NCBI GenBank assembly: GCA_002104905.1
Contig: MCFE01000457.1
Location: 7,871 to 71,870, forward strand
Reading direction: 5' to 3'
Length of the DNA: 64,000 nucleotides
DNA from: Basidiobolus meristosporus CBS 931.73
Taxonomy: Eukaryota; Fungi; Basidiobolomycota
Part shown: positions 32,055-43,040 of the stretch, piece by piece
Layout of the letters: each line of letters begins with the position of its first letter
How positions within the stretch are numbered: position 1 is the stretch's first letter
Program-made: the position numbers and the translations under genes
Notes under the pieces: model-generated
What the model was told of the DNA's origin: nothing
What the model saw: only the letters and a program-made list of their open reading frames with translations
Database searches by the model: none

Positions 32055-35000
32055 TGCGATCGCTTTGAATCGCTCACATTTGTAATGATCCCAACAACCC
32101 TTTTTTTTTGCGATCAGAATCGAGCCGGCGCAAATCAGTGATCATCAAATTTTTGATATAAGTAATATCAAGGTCGTCTCACATTTGAGACAGAACCCCT
32201 ATAAATAAACACCCTGCATATATATACGTCATCTGTAATACCAGTGCAGCTATTGGATCTGTTTCACACCTACACAATTGCTCGCGTGCTGGCTATGACA
32301 CCTTGTCCAATCACTAGGATCAGGGATTTACTTGCTCAATGAGCAAAATGGGATATTTGATGGCGAATCAGGTAGCTTTTTTGGTAGTCAATGAGCCAAT
32401 TGGGGGCTGCCAGCTTCAGGATACTTTTGGACCAATTAACCACTGAGATACCGTCCAATTGGAGTGAGGGTAACCAAAATGGTAAGTATTAGTGTAGTTT
32501 ATAGTGTGATACACATTTATTTCCATTTGCATTAAAGAAACATATCCAAATACCGGATTTTACCTGCCATAATAGCAGTATCCGATCGCGCACGTGATGC
32601 AAACATTACGAGTTGGCGCAATCATCCGTTCCAACCTCATTGTGTCAGATTGTGCCATAGTGTGCAAGATCGTCCCACATAGTGCAAAATCGTCCAAGAA
32701 CAATCCTTCCTTCTGGTAGCTATAATATCGCGCCTGATCGTTCTTTGCAACCGCGGATCGCGCCGCACGCCCTGGCACGGTACGATGGAACAAGTCTTAT
32801 GTACTAAAGCTTCCAAAGTCAAAACAACTGTAAACTCCACCAGCAGGGACTTGATATGAATGCAGCTGTGGTCAATAGTTACAAAGACAGAAAAGTATCT
32901 TTGCCTGTACAAGAACAAACTTGAGAAAGAATCAAATATAATAAAAGATACCTACTCTGAGTATTCCTCACAAGTGGTGCCTCCAAGGTTGGTTGGCTGT
33001 CAGCATGGTTTCCTGGAAGTGTCCCGTGGTCTGGGGGTGGAAGTTTAGGTAGCAGCAGGTAGCAGTGATCACACCAATCAATAAGTTGGTATATTGATAA
33101 AAGGGATGATGATTTATTGTTGAGGGATTGCCCCCCATAAATACTTTCTTACTGGCTAAGTGATTACTAATCATGGTGTTCCAGAAGGTTCTGGATATCA
33201 ATAGAAATCTTAATGACATCAGAATGACCTAAGAATGTTCTAAGTAGGTGCTGGAAGGTTCTAGGAGGCACAGCACATCCAACCATTCAGGAGTCAGTAT
33301 TCTGAAACCTGTGTAACCCAGGGATACCATATATGGTATGGAAATGGTAGGGATGGTGATATGGGCTGATCATGTGTTACTGGTACTGGCGCAGGCACTT
33401 GCGTAATATAGAAGTACATACTGCTAGTAATCTTACATAAAGTAGGGGATAACTTATGCAATAAGGTAAGCAGGTGTGATAGTCAACCAGCTTATAGGAT
33501 AGTACTGATCAGTTAAGACAAATGGGATAAAAATGAAATACAGGTAGTAGAGAAGTAAGGAAGTAGAAAATATAGGAGTGAGCACATCTGTCAGTGAGTG
33601 TCACTGTGACCCCACTACACCGCTATATTCTGCAAGATTGACCTCATGTCAGGATACAACCAGATTAGGGTGAAGCCCAAAGACATCCCTAAGACAGCAT
33701 TCAGGACCAGATATGGATGTTACAAGAACTTAGTCATGAGTTTTGGCCTCACGAATGTCCCTGCAACATTCATGACCCTGATGCAGACTGTCTTCCAGGA
33801 GTACTCAGAAAGGTTTGTGATAATCTACCTAGATGACATATTGATATACAACAAGACAGAAGAGGATCAAATGGTGCATATTGAAGAGGTCTTGAAGAAG
33901 CTAAGTGAGAACAAGCTATAGGGCAAGCTAGCCAAGTGTGAATTCTTCAAGGAACATGTTGGATATCTGGGACACATAGTGACTAGCACAGGAGTGACCT
34001 TAGACCCTAAGAAGATTGAAGTTATCAAGAATCTGAAGCAGCCCCATTGCATACCAGAGCACAGATCATTCCTTGGAATGGTTTCCTATTATTGGACATT
34101 TGTCAAGTCCTTTGCAAGTATTGCAGCCCCTTTGACTGACATCCTCAAGAACAACAATACCTACAAGTGAGACATAGCTTGTGAGACTGCCTTTCAGATG
34201 CTAAAGAATGAGCTTGCTAAGCTGCCAAGCTTAAGAATACCTGACTTCAGAAAAGAGTTTACTCTGTGCACAGGGTGTTGAGCCAAGAACACAAGGGAAA
34301 GGACTACCCAGTTGCCTTTGAATCCAAGAAACTAAACTCAGCAGAACAAAACTATCCAGTGCATGAGAACAAGATGCTTGCTATAATACACTGCTTGAAG
34401 ACATGGAGATGCAACATTGAAGGAGTCCAATGCACCATGAAGATTGATCATGCCTCCCTCATATATATATATTTACTCAGAAGGTATTCTCTAGAAGAAT
34501 GACAAGATGGAGTGAATACATTCAGCAATTTGATTGGGAAATTTTCTACTGCCCTGGGAAAAACAACATGGTTGCTGATGCCTTATCAAGATTAGAACAA
34601 GTTGCACAACTCAGCTGGGTGCATGAATCAGACTGGCCTAGCCTATTACCAAGGCACTTGGAGGATCATGCTATTCCTGATGGGGTAGATGAGGAGATCA
34701 AGAATATAATCCAGGATGAAGCCAGCAAATTTGTGGTGCAGGATGAGACACTCTACCAAATTGTTGATGGAAGCCCTATTGCCTATTACCCTTATGTTGC
34801 TTGCATGAATTTAACAAATAAGCTACACAATAGATGTGGACATCTTGGAATTGAAGGAACCTATAGCCTTGTGAAAGCCAGAGCATGTAGGCCCAGAATG
34901 AAACAAGACCTTGAAAAAGTTAATGAAATATGCCCAAATTGCCAAATTAACCAAGACCAACCATAGAGAATTGCTGAACTCTTTCCCTTAGAGCCTGCAA

Positions 35001-37078
35001 GACCATTTGAAAGATGGTAAATTGACTTTATTGGAAGACTGCAAACTACCAGAAAATGCAACCATTGAATCCTGGCAGCAATTGGCCATGCCACCAAGTG
35101 ACCAGTGGCTAAAGCAGTACCTGTAGCCAGTGAACAAGAAGTTGCAAGTTTCATCTACCATAAGATCCTTATGAAGCTTGGATGCCCTGTAGAGATTCTA
35201 TCCAACAAAGGAGCAAACTTTATGGCAAAGATATTGCAAGTTTACCTGAAAATGCAGCACATCAGACACTTGAAAACCTTGGCATGTGACCCTAGAACTA
35301 ATGGAGTAACTAAGCAATTTAATAGGCTAATTGGAAATATGCTGACCAAGTATGCAAGTGGAGCTGTCAGTAGATGGGATGAGTATATAGACAAAGCACT
35401 CTTTGCATGCAGAGATAGAGTGCACAACACAACCCAACAATTGCCACTTTACTTAGTGTATGGATGTGAACCAGGATTCCAAGAGTTCTCACACAACCAA
35501 AGCTTACAGATGCCTTATAAGATGAACTCAGTCAGCCAAGTAAACACCAGCAGCTGGAACAAAGACATCAAGAGGCACAGGCCAAAGTATGTCAAAGTGC
35601 AGAAAAGACAAAGCAGAGATTTGGTAAGATTATATCACCAGAATCATTGACAGTAAGGAACTTTGTATTGCTGAGAAACAATGATTGGAAGAAGTTTGAG
35701 CCACAATTGACAGGACCTTTTAAAATCATCAGAGAATGTCCATTTGCAACTTACCAACTAGTGGACAAACTAGGGAATATCTAGGAAGATTTAGCTCATA
35801 GAGACAGACTCAAGCTTGAAAGACTTGCTGACAATCCTGAACCATCAAGATATTGAAATCACAAGCAAAGAGATTTAGGAGAACCCTCAACTTTAGTAGG
35901 GGAGAATGTGATGGTCTACTGCTTGAATGTTGAAGCTAAAACAGTTTTCAGTTAAATCAATTAGCCTGTCAGTATATCATTGTTATCTATCAAATCAGTA
36001 GCATTTGTCAGCACATGAAACAGCAGATCCTTATCAGACAAAATAAATATTAAGTAGGATCTTATTGGGTGATGATGATGTAATCAAATGAGTCATCAGC
36101 CTCAGCCTACATTAGGAAATACAATTAGTCAGCAATTGATCTGGCAAAATATATATAAGGAGCTGCTGGAACCTCAATTAATATCAGTTCAAGCTTTAGT
36201 GAGTACAATACTAGCTAAACACCCTATTCCTCTACAGCTCTCATACCAAGGCTTGTAACAAGGTAATATTAGCTAACATTGTACACCAACACAAATGAAT
36301 ATGTGGATTCATGAAATTCATGTAAAAGAAGTGAGAGTCAAGAGATACATGGGCTTTTCAATCTAAACTCTCCTCAAATGCATTGTCAATACTCTTGATC
36401 TACTTCTGACTTTTGCCATTGTATACACTATGCCCTATAATATCTACATAATACCTCAGAAAGATCCCTTTTTGTTTTTGGTTGCAACTCTGAAGATTTT
36501 CTCTCAGTGAAGTGATAAAGAAAATGACAACCAATGTTCTCAAAATGTGTGAAGTATGTGAAGCAGTGGTCTACTGAAGTATACCAGAGATTGAGGTGAA
36601 ATTTGCATACACCTTTAGAACAGTACTCTCCTAATTTGTCACTTTGAAATACCTTCAGTTTACACTCTGTTTATGCTTCTGCAATACTTTTGAGGAGCTT
36701 GAATATCTCTAAAGCCACATCCTTTGTCTTTAGGAAGTATATCCATGTATGCCTAGTCTTGTCATTAATAGAAATTATTATATATCTCTTGACTTTAAAG
36801 AACAGTGTTATTAGGGGTCTTCATATGCCAGAGTGCACAATAGCCAATGTTTTGTGGGGTTGGCACCTCCTGTGCTTCTCAAACATTGCCTATGTTATTT
36901 GCATATGAGCATCCCTTACAGACACTCAATTTGATCATTATTGAGTAACTAAAGCCTAAGACATGCTGATGTTGCACCAAATGACTAATTTTCTACTCCC
37001 TAGTGAGTTAAGCCTCCTATACCATATCTCCAAGTTAGATTCATCAGCCTCAGCAATGTAAACATACATAGGCACAAT

Positions 37079-38862
37079 GGATTTGTTCTTTTGGATAGTG
37101 CTGCATTGAGCCATGCATGCTAAATGATGCCATAGTGTGACAGGGAGGCCAAGTGGACCTATACCTGGCCACAGAGTGTGAAACTTAGTTGTTCATCTTC
37201 ATGCAAAGTGGCCCCTGTGTTTCACCCACTATGCAGGAGAAAACCCATATTTTTACCTTTTTTTTGGGATCAATGCTGTGCAGGATGTGTTGGAGCAGAG
37301 AAGGACTGGAGATATATATCTGATACTCAATATTCATGGCACTCTTAATCTAGCTCCTGCAGCTTGTAACATGTCACAAATTTGTATGGCACTATCTTGG
37401 TCCACTAGCACTATCTGACACTATATATAAATAATAAGCCTAAGGTATGACCTATACAAAGCACTTACCTTTGTGGTGCGTATAGGTCCAAGGGAGTGAT
37501 ATGTCCAACACTTCTCAAGTGTTTTGGGTGTGGGGTGTTCACTGGGTGCAATAACCTCTGGTAAAAGCTTGCTAGGAATACTTAGGTTCTGTCTCTAATC
37601 TAATGTGAAGGGGAATAAAGCCACAAGCTTGTCAAGGTAAAACTATTGAGTTACAATCCCCAACTTAGTTGGGGTCATAACAAAAGTATGTGCTGGGTTC
37701 AGCATCCTTTGAGTTGACAATGTACTAAAGCTTCCAAAGTCAAAACAACTGTAAACTCCACCAGCAGGGACTTGATATGAATGCAGCTGTGGTCAATAGT
37801 TACAAAAACAGAAAAGTATCTTTGCCTGTACAAGAACAAACTTGAGAAAGAATCAAATATAATAAAAGATACCTACTCTGAGTATTCCTCACAAGTAGTG
37901 CCTCCAAGGTCAGTTGGCTGTCAGCATGGTTTCCTGGGAGTGTCCTGTGGTCTGGGGTTGGAAGTTCAGGTAGCAGCAGGTAGCAGTGATCACACTAATC
38001 AGCAAGTTGGTATATTGATAAAAGGGATGATGATATATTGTTGAGGGATAGCCTCCCTTATATACTTTTCTTACTGGCTAAGTGATTACTAATCATGATG
38101 TTCCAGAAGGTTCCGGACATCAATAGAAATCTTAATGACATCAGAATGACCTAAGAATGTGCTAAGTAGGTGCTGGAAGGTTCTAGGAGGCACAGCACAT
38201 CCAACCAATCAGGAGTCAGTATTCTGAAACCTGTGTAACCCAGGGATACCATATGTGGTATGGAAATGGTAGGGATGGTGACTCAGGTTGATCAAGTGTC
38301 ACGGGTACTGGCGCGGGTACTTGCCTAATATAGAAGCACTCATAGCTATTAATCTACATAAAGTGAGGGGTAACTTATGCAATAAGGTAAGCAGGTGTGA
38401 TAGTCAACCGGCTTATGGGATAGTACTGATTGGGTAAGACAAATGGAATAAAACTAAAATAAATATAGTAGAGGTATAGGGAAGTAGAAAATGAGGGAAT
38501 GAGCACATCTGTCAGTGGGTGTCCCTGTCACCCCACTACACCATGCCAGATAGTGCTACACATTTTTGTGTCATGTTACAAGCTGCAGGAGCTAGATTAA
38601 GAGTGCCATGAGTTTTGAGTACCAGGTATATATCTCCAGTCTTTCTCTGTGCTAATACATCCTGGACAACATTGATTGCAAAAAAAAGGTCAAAATGAAT
38701 TTTCCCCAGAACAACAGGTGAAGCATATGGGCTGCATTGCATAAACATGATGAACTATGTTTCACACTCTGTGGCCAAATCTAAGTCTGCTATACTTCTC
38801 TGGTACAAAATGGTACCATCTGGCACCTATGTTTGATGTGGCACTTCCAATAGAACAAGTTT
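37079..38862. mobile_element. Non-autonomous PHIS-family element with ~330-bp terminal inverted repeats
   Basis: Ends GGATTTGTTCT...AGAACAAGTTT with an AAT duplication on both sides. The first ~26 bp match the left end of 29380-32797. 37180-37410 is the reverse complement of 38545-38770. Confidence 0.8.
37472..38540. mobile_element. 1.07-kb solo LTR (second copy)
   Basis: TGTGGTG...CCACTACA, flanked by CCTT/CCAT. Collinear with 29129-29379 plus 32801-33619. Confidence 0.8.
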
Positions 38863-39874
38863 AATGATCATGCATTGTAACTTGTATATATTTTGAACTC
38901 TGACTCCCAAAGCCAATTTTTGATCATTTTTACTCAAATGAAGTAGCTCAGCTCAGTACAGACAAATTTCGCTTCCTGAGTAGTTGCTTTACTCACTCAG
39001 AGTGGGTTTCTAGCTACTCCAGGTACATTGGGCTAATCAATTGGTTTGCTCTCTTTGCCCCTGAGTTGTCACTCTAGTTTGGCTGCAGAGACTCACAGGT
39101 AGAAGCTTCTGGTGCAGAGTTGTCTCCCAGATAAGCCTTTGTTCCAGGAGTGGTCTTTAAGTTGCTAGACTACTCCATTATACCAATATATGCTGTCATG
39201 CTCCAGAGTTAATATACCATTCATTTAAATATTTACTTACACTCTCTGGTGTGGTTATAAGCAGCTGTTCCTCTGTAGCTATAAGGTTTGCCTGCTCTAA
39301 TTTATGATCTTTGCCCCCCTTTTTCCATTTGCATTCTCTTACACAGTGTCCCAGCCTCTGATAGTAATTACAGCAACCAGGTTTTCTTTGGTTCTGTGGA
39401 ATTGCCTACATTTCTGCAAGCCTTTGAGAGCTGAATACAGCATAATATTCAATATTCTCTGCTTAGTTTTATGTCTGAGTTGTTTAGATAAAGTTTTTCA
39501 TTGATGTGGTCCAAGGTCAATTAACTTCTCTCCACTTAAAAGAGAGTATAAATGGCTTGTACTTCTCTGGTAGGCTTCACAGTAGGCAGAGTATCCATTT
39601 GTCATTATCTACACCAGCATTGATACCACAATATACATCTTGCATTTCCAAGGTCTCTAGTTCTTAACATTAAATGCCTCCTCTACAGCAAAGGGGTTTG
39701 GGTTTTGTTTGCTGGTAGATGTCATTTTTGGAAAAAATTCAGGGTAATTGGGTCTTGTGAGCTATTGCAATTTAAGATGTGTTTGTATTTTAGGGATCTA
39801 TCAAGAATTAGTAATAATATCTTACCAGCTATTGACAAAAATAAAAGTTTGTATTTTTACCTTGGTAGTAATAG

Positions 39875-40242
39875 TGTTACAAGTCTTGGTATAAGAGTTG
39901 TAGAGGAATAGGGAGTTTAGCTAGTATTGTATTCACTAAAACTTGAACTGATTTTTATTGAGGTTCCAGCAGCTCCTTATATACATTTTGCCAGATCAAT
40001 TGCTGACTAATTGTATTTCCTAATGTAGGTTGTGGCTGATGACTCATTTGATTGCATCATCATCACCCAATAAGATCCTACTTAATATATCTATTTCTGT
40101 CTGATAAGGATCTGCTGATTCATTTGCTGACTAATGCTACTGATTTCATAGATAATACTGATATACTGATAACCTAAACATATACTAATTGATTTGACTA
40201 AAAACTGATCTAACTTAAACATTTAAGCGGCAGATCATAACT
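39875..40242 (-). mobile_element. Gypsy family A solo LTR
   Basis: Reverse complement of the 61257-61624 LTR, with ATAG on both flanks. Confidence 0.88.
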
Positions 40243-43040
40243 ATAGTACAGCTGCACCACTAAACTAGGAGAGTTTCTCAATAGTTTGGAGCATTTTACT
40301 ACAGTCTCAGCATTTATATGTAATATTGGTCAGAGTGCTAATTTGGTCTTGACTTTACAGAGGTTATTAAAGGATCATGGGATCTCAAAGAAAGTGGCAA
40401 GGTTATGGCTGTAAAAGAGTCATACATTGACTAAGACTAGTCCAGATTTGTTGAGTGAAATTTAGCTGATGAATGGAACCAAAGAGGCTAATATCTTAAT
40501 AGATTGGTGCTACTATACTACAAGCACAAAGCCAGATGTTTATATCTCTACAATTACTCTATCTATTCTCCACTCTATCTTATATGTTGTTTAGAGAGTA
40601 TTAGGCCTTGCTCCACCTATTGGGGGCTTCCTCTGCAGCAGATGCATGTATAATTGTGAAGTCAAGTCAGGTTACAGGTACTATTGTATCCAATCTCATC
40701 TGGGATAGAACCTTTGGGTCTATCATGGATGCAACTGGTTGGCATGTAGCAAACTTCCAGGAAGTGGTGGAAAATATGTTGGACAGATGTACTGGTGATG
40801 ACACATATGCATCAAGCATTAAGAATCAAGGCAGTACCAATGAGTAGGACATCAGTTAAGTGATGCAAGGTTAGGTTGGACTCATCAAACAACTAACTTT
40901 ATTAGGGTAACTTAATCAGGATACACCAGGTTTTTCATAGGTATATGCCATTTATACACCATCCATTGTGGAGCTCATACATACCAGCACCAGAGCACAC
41001 CCCTAAGAGGGACTATAATCCAGCAGGAAGAATGAATACATTTGCACAGTACCAAAATGTTATTTGCAGATACCCAGGAGATACTCATGGCAAAAGTGGT
41101 GGCAACCAAGCATATGTTTGCCTGTTTTGGTATTTTCTGGTCATGCAAGGCACATGGTAACTATGCGCATTTTGCACTGAAAAGCCTTTAAGATGAGGTG
41201 ATAGAAGTGTGCAAATTGTAGTTGGTTTAAGTATGCAGAGATGTTGGTAAGCAGGCAGTCTTAGTCTTTTTGATCTAAACCATGTGTAAAAGCCTGTAGT
41301 AGCGGTGCATAATCAAATAAAAAGGAGTGACTCTTCTGTAAAATATATTAATGGCACAAGGGGAGGTAGAAACAGGAAATATTATTTGGTAAGCTGACAC
41401 AGTTGTATCACTCAGAACTAATTGCAGGCTGCCATTGTTATGATCTACTGCTTGTATGTCTAAGTTAGCTCTGTTTTTAGTCAAATCAATTAGTTCTATG
41501 TTTAGCTTATAGTATTTCAATATTATCTATCAAATCAGTAGCATTAGTCAGCAAATAAATCAGCAGATCCTCCTCAGACAGAAATATGTATATTAAGTTG
41601 AACTTTGTAGGGTGATGATGATGCAATCAGATGAGTTGTCAGCCACAGCCTACATTAGGAAATTCAATTAGTCAGCAATTCATCTGGCAAAGTGTATATA
41701 AGGAGCAGCTGGCACCTCAATAACAATCAGTTCAAGCTTTAGTGAATACAATACTAGCTAAACTCACTATTCCTCTACAACTCTTTTGCCAATACTTGTA
41801 GCATTGGTAGCAGCAATAATCAGAAACTTCCCTCAAGATGTCCAAAAATCAAGAATGGAAGAATGTTATGCAAAAAATCCTGGCCCAGCAGCAACAAGGA
41901 ATGATTACCATGGCCAAAAGCCAGCAAAACCCTGTCAAGAGCAACTTTAGTGCTAAGGTCAGCTGGTACCACAGTAGAGTCAGTGAATACCTGGGAACTT
42001 GGCTCTTCCAGATTGAAAAAGCTTTCTAGACTGAGGGAACTGCTGCAGAAAGCAAGTTACATTATGCAGCCACTTACCTGGCAGATGCAGCTTTACAGTG
42101 GTACCACAACAAGATCAGGTTAGCCACCATAATGGGATGCTCTACAATCTATTCCTGGGATGAGTTGGGGTTGGAAATCCAGGATGCCTTTGAGCCCCCA
42201 CACCAACAGACACTACTAAGAAGAAAGCTGAAGACACTTAGACAGAAAGGAATGGTCCATGAGTACATCTATGAATATAGATGTCTACTTGGACAAATTG
42301 AAAGAATGGACCCTCTGGATTAAGTTGAATACTTTATTGATAGGTTGAAAGAAAGAGCTTGTAAGGAAGTGAATTATCAAAGACCTCAGACTAATGAAGA
42401 AGCCATCAAGATTGCCATTGACTATGACTCAGCTATGTTCGGAGTTGGGAAGCCCACAGTGACTAATCAGAGAGGCTAAAATCACTTTGAAAGAAGACAA
42501 TCAGAAGCAGTGCCAATGGAAATAGATGCGATGCAGAAGAATTCTACCTTATATGAATGTAAGAAGAAAGGACTTTGCTTCAACTGCCACCAGAAGGGAC
42601 ATATTGCAAAGTACTGCCCTCAGAAAAGAAACGGACACCAGCCATCAAGAAACTCTAACCATATTGAGGCCATGGAGCATAGTACCATGGAGGATGAACT
42701 TGAAGAAGACTCAGAAATTACCTTCTATATCACAGAAGAATAACTATCCCAGATGACCTCAACCTCAGGAAAGCTATTATACTTGAATGGAGTAATCAAT
42801 GGAGTACCTGACAAGAACATGATTGACTCAGGAGCATTGCATGAGTACATGTCAGAGTAATTTGCTTTGAAAGATGGAATCAACTTGGAACCCACCAAAT
42901 CAACTTCAGTCTCAACAGCTGATGGGAACTCTCACATATTAATCTGTATTACTCAGCCAGTAAGGATGAAGATATTGGAGCAAGGATATATCAGACCCAG
43001 CAAGTCACCTTGAGGAGCACCAGTACTTTTTGTGAAGAAG

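Larger units (their letters stand above)
29380..32797. mobile_element. Apparently intact PIF/Harbinger-like (PHIS) DNA transposon, 3.4 kb
   Basis: Perfect 11-bp TIR AGACTTGTTCC/GGAACAAGTCT, TAT duplication (29377-29379 and 32798-32800), an empty site at 37711-37730, and two intact divergent ORFs. Confidence 0.9.
29129..33619. mobile_element. 1.07-kb solo LTR of a third family, inserted in the A1 RT and itself split by the PHIS transposon
   Basis: Termini TGTGGTGG...CCACTACA, flanked by CCAC/CCGC. An uninterrupted 1069-bp copy lies at 37472-38540. Confidence 0.75.
26713..36260 (+). mobile_element. Ty3/Gypsy family A, copy A1: full-length, decayed, carrying nested insertions
   Basis: 5' LTR ~26713-27082. 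Then gag (CFNCHQKGHIAKYC), protease (MIDSGA), RT (YLDDIL), RNase H and integrase with a GPF motif. PPT AGTAGGGGAGAA; 3' LTR 35907-36260. Many stops and frameshifts. Confidence 0.9.
36261..41435 (-). mobile_element. Highly decayed Ty1/Copia remnants hosting later insertions
   Basis: SLPEKYKPF (gag), EWYINSGA (protease), IFLRYYVDIIGHSVYN..IKSIDNAFEE (integrase C-terminal part), and a second protease-like WYCLDS..HMC near 40.8 kb. Confidence 0.5.
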
